Source: Nemertoderma westbladi (Eukaryota; Animalia; Xenacoelomorpha). Taken from it: DNA of 34,714 bases. Under the pieces are notes generated by a model that was given only the letters and a program-made list of their open reading frames with translations, ran no database searches and had not been told where the DNA came from. Of this stretch, positions 33,318 to 34,714 are shown piece by piece; within the stretch, counting starts at the first letter, position 1, and each line of letters starts with the position of its first letter. Where the stretch lies: positions 1 through 34,714 of the forward strand of contig JAUCBJ010002419.1 in NCBI GenBank assembly GCA_032718475.1. The letters are read 5' to 3'. The position numbers and the translations under genes are program-made.

Positions 33318-34714
33318 ATGTCTGACACTCAGCAAAACCTGTCGGACAGTCTGATCGATACAACTATCTGTGATTCAGATAGGAGTGTGGAGCGAATAAG
33401 AAAGGAGTTCGGCTCACCTCCTACTGTAAAAAAGGTCATCCCTCCAGTAGTATCAGACCCTAGGCTAGTCCACCATAGGTCCATCATAGGCACTCGGGCA
33501 CAAGTAAAACGGGACCAAGAGGCAGTTGTCTTATCGCAGCAACATCTTGGTCAAGAACCTACTTCCCAGCGACCCGATAGCTCCAGCAGTTCGGATACTG
33601 TAGAGCTGACTCCCGAACATGGAGTGCAGATGTCTGATACAGTCTACTCGGACCCCCTTCTTACTCTTCCCGCTGCAGTGCTAATTACTATATTCATTGC
33701 GGTGGAGGAACATCAAGCCGACTGGGCGAAGAATAAGCGAGCGACCCAAGATAATTACGCGGGATACGCCAGGGAAGAATTGATATCTATTGTTGAATCA
33801 CAATGGAACTTTCCCGGACTCGGACTTCCGTTGGATATGTCCGAGGCTACTTGGGAAGATATACACAGGATGGGAGTGGCTAAAGATACAATGGATCCAG
33901 CTGTTTGGAAGAGGTCGGCAGCAGGATATGTGCAGGGATTCTTCGGAGCCTTGGAGCGATTGGAAGAACAACTGTTTCGACAACCTCACGGACCTCAAGA
34001 GCAGGAAGAGCTGCTATACCAAGTACGCGAAAGAACCCTACGCATTCGACTAATCCTCTCAGCCTTTGAGGAAACTTCCAAAAGAAGACAGGACACGTCG
34101 CTGCAGGTTGCTGTCAAAACTTGGCTACATCGGGTAGATCTCAAAGTACAGGAAACGGCCCAGTGGAAATCCCAGCTGGCTGAGAGATTAATTTATGAAG
34201 AACCAACTGATGTCACCCTTCCTCAAGCGGAAAGCGAAGAGGCCGCCGAGAAACCGCGAACTAGAGACGCTATCGACATTTATTTGTCCGACTATCAGCG
34301 ATTCCTAGGAGACGAAGAGTTGAGGAGACGGCTGTTTGGACTTTCCCCTAATAGTGAAGGAACCAAGCTTGTATTGGACTCAATCGATGCCGAAATGTTA
34401 GCTGCAAACCGAGCTGAATGTGATGAAAAACTCCGTCTCACTAGAGTCCGAGAAGAACAAATAAAGAAAAGAAGGATAGAGGAACAAAAGGCGGCGGCTA
34501 TGGCAGATGCAGAAGCAGAAAGAAAGGCAGCGGCGGCAGAAGTAGAAGCAGAAAGAAAAGCAGCAAAGGCGGCGGCTGCGGCAGATGCAGAAGCAGAAAG
34601 AAAGGCAGCGGCGGCAGATGCAGAAGCAGAAAGAAAGGCAGCGGCGGCAGAAGTAGAAGCAGAAAGAAAAGCAGCAAAGGCAGTGGCAGAAGCAGAAAGG
34701 AGAGCATTTGAGCA
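33318..34714 (+). CDS. Intact ORF of >465 codons running off the window; probable retroelement Gag/ORF1 N-terminus with (AEAERKAAAA)n helix
   Basis: ATG in aaacATG context at 33318, no stop to 34714 (MSDTQQNLSDSLIDTT...EEQKAAAMADAEAERKAAAAEVEAERKAAK...); intronless and GC-richer than its flanks; missed by the ORF track. Confidence 0.8.
   Translation, partial: MSDTQQNLSDSLIDTTICDSDRSVERIRKEFGSPPTVKKVIPPVVSDPRLVHHRSIIGTRAQVKRDQEAVVLSQQHLGQEPTSQRPDSSSSSDTVELTPEHGVQMSDTVYSDPLLTLPAAVLITIFIAVEEHQADWAKNKRATQDNYAGYAREELISIVESQWNFPGLGLPLDMSEATWEDIHRMGVAKDTMDPAVWKRSAAGYVQGFFGALERLEEQLFRQPHGPQEQEELLYQVRERTLRIRLILSAFEETSKRRQDTSLQVAVKTWLHRVDLKVQETAQWKSQLAERLIYEEPTDVTLPQAESEEAAEKPRTRDAIDIYLSDYQRFLGDEELRRRLFGLSPNSEGTKLVLDSIDAEMLAANRAECDEKLRLTRVREEQIKKRRIEEQKAAAMADAEAERKAAAAEVEAERKAAKAAAAADAEAERKAAAADAEAERKAAAAEVEAERKAAKAVAEAERRAFE

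Noticed and set aside
34498-34707. Leu/Pro/Phe-rich minus-strand ORF as a membrane protein
   Set aside because: It is the antisense of the AEAERKAAA repeat in the long plus-strand ORF.

Overview
AT-rich metazoan (probably invertebrate) genomic DNA made almost entirely of nested, mostly decayed transposable elements, with one clear host-gene exon. From left to right: (1) a hairpin-rich non-coding stretch (1-660); (2) a Helitron-derived block (~670-5947) with a PIF1-helicase C-terminal remnant, a hairpin+CTAA 3' end, two minisatellites, a 28-bp palindrome and antisense accessory genes, one being a spliced RPA-like OB-fold gene absent from the ORF track; (3) a decayed ORF resembling a tyrosine-recombinase core-binding domain (~7600-8955); (4) a BEL/Pao LTR retrotransposon (~9055-20121), probably a chimera of two copies joined across an L2/RTE patchwork, with gag-PR-RT-RNaseH-IN, a purine-rich satellite spacer, an extra 3' ORF encoding a DEDDy 3'-5' exonuclease plus CCHC zinc knuckles in the env position, a PPT and a 3' LTR; (5) three copies of an RTE-like LINE with (TAG)n tails (two with 12-bp TSDs), piggyBac-type and PIF/Harbinger MITEs, a P/THAP9 transposase relic and an L2 3' end; (6) a phase-0 fibrinogen-related-domain exon (27000-27506, minus); (7) a promoter-like region, a ~3-kb structured leader and an intact >465-codon gag-like ORF running off the window end. 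All family assignments come from motif recognition by eye, with no database searches. The best candidate for an undescribed system is the exonuclease/zinc-knuckle accessory gene of the BEL/Pao element.
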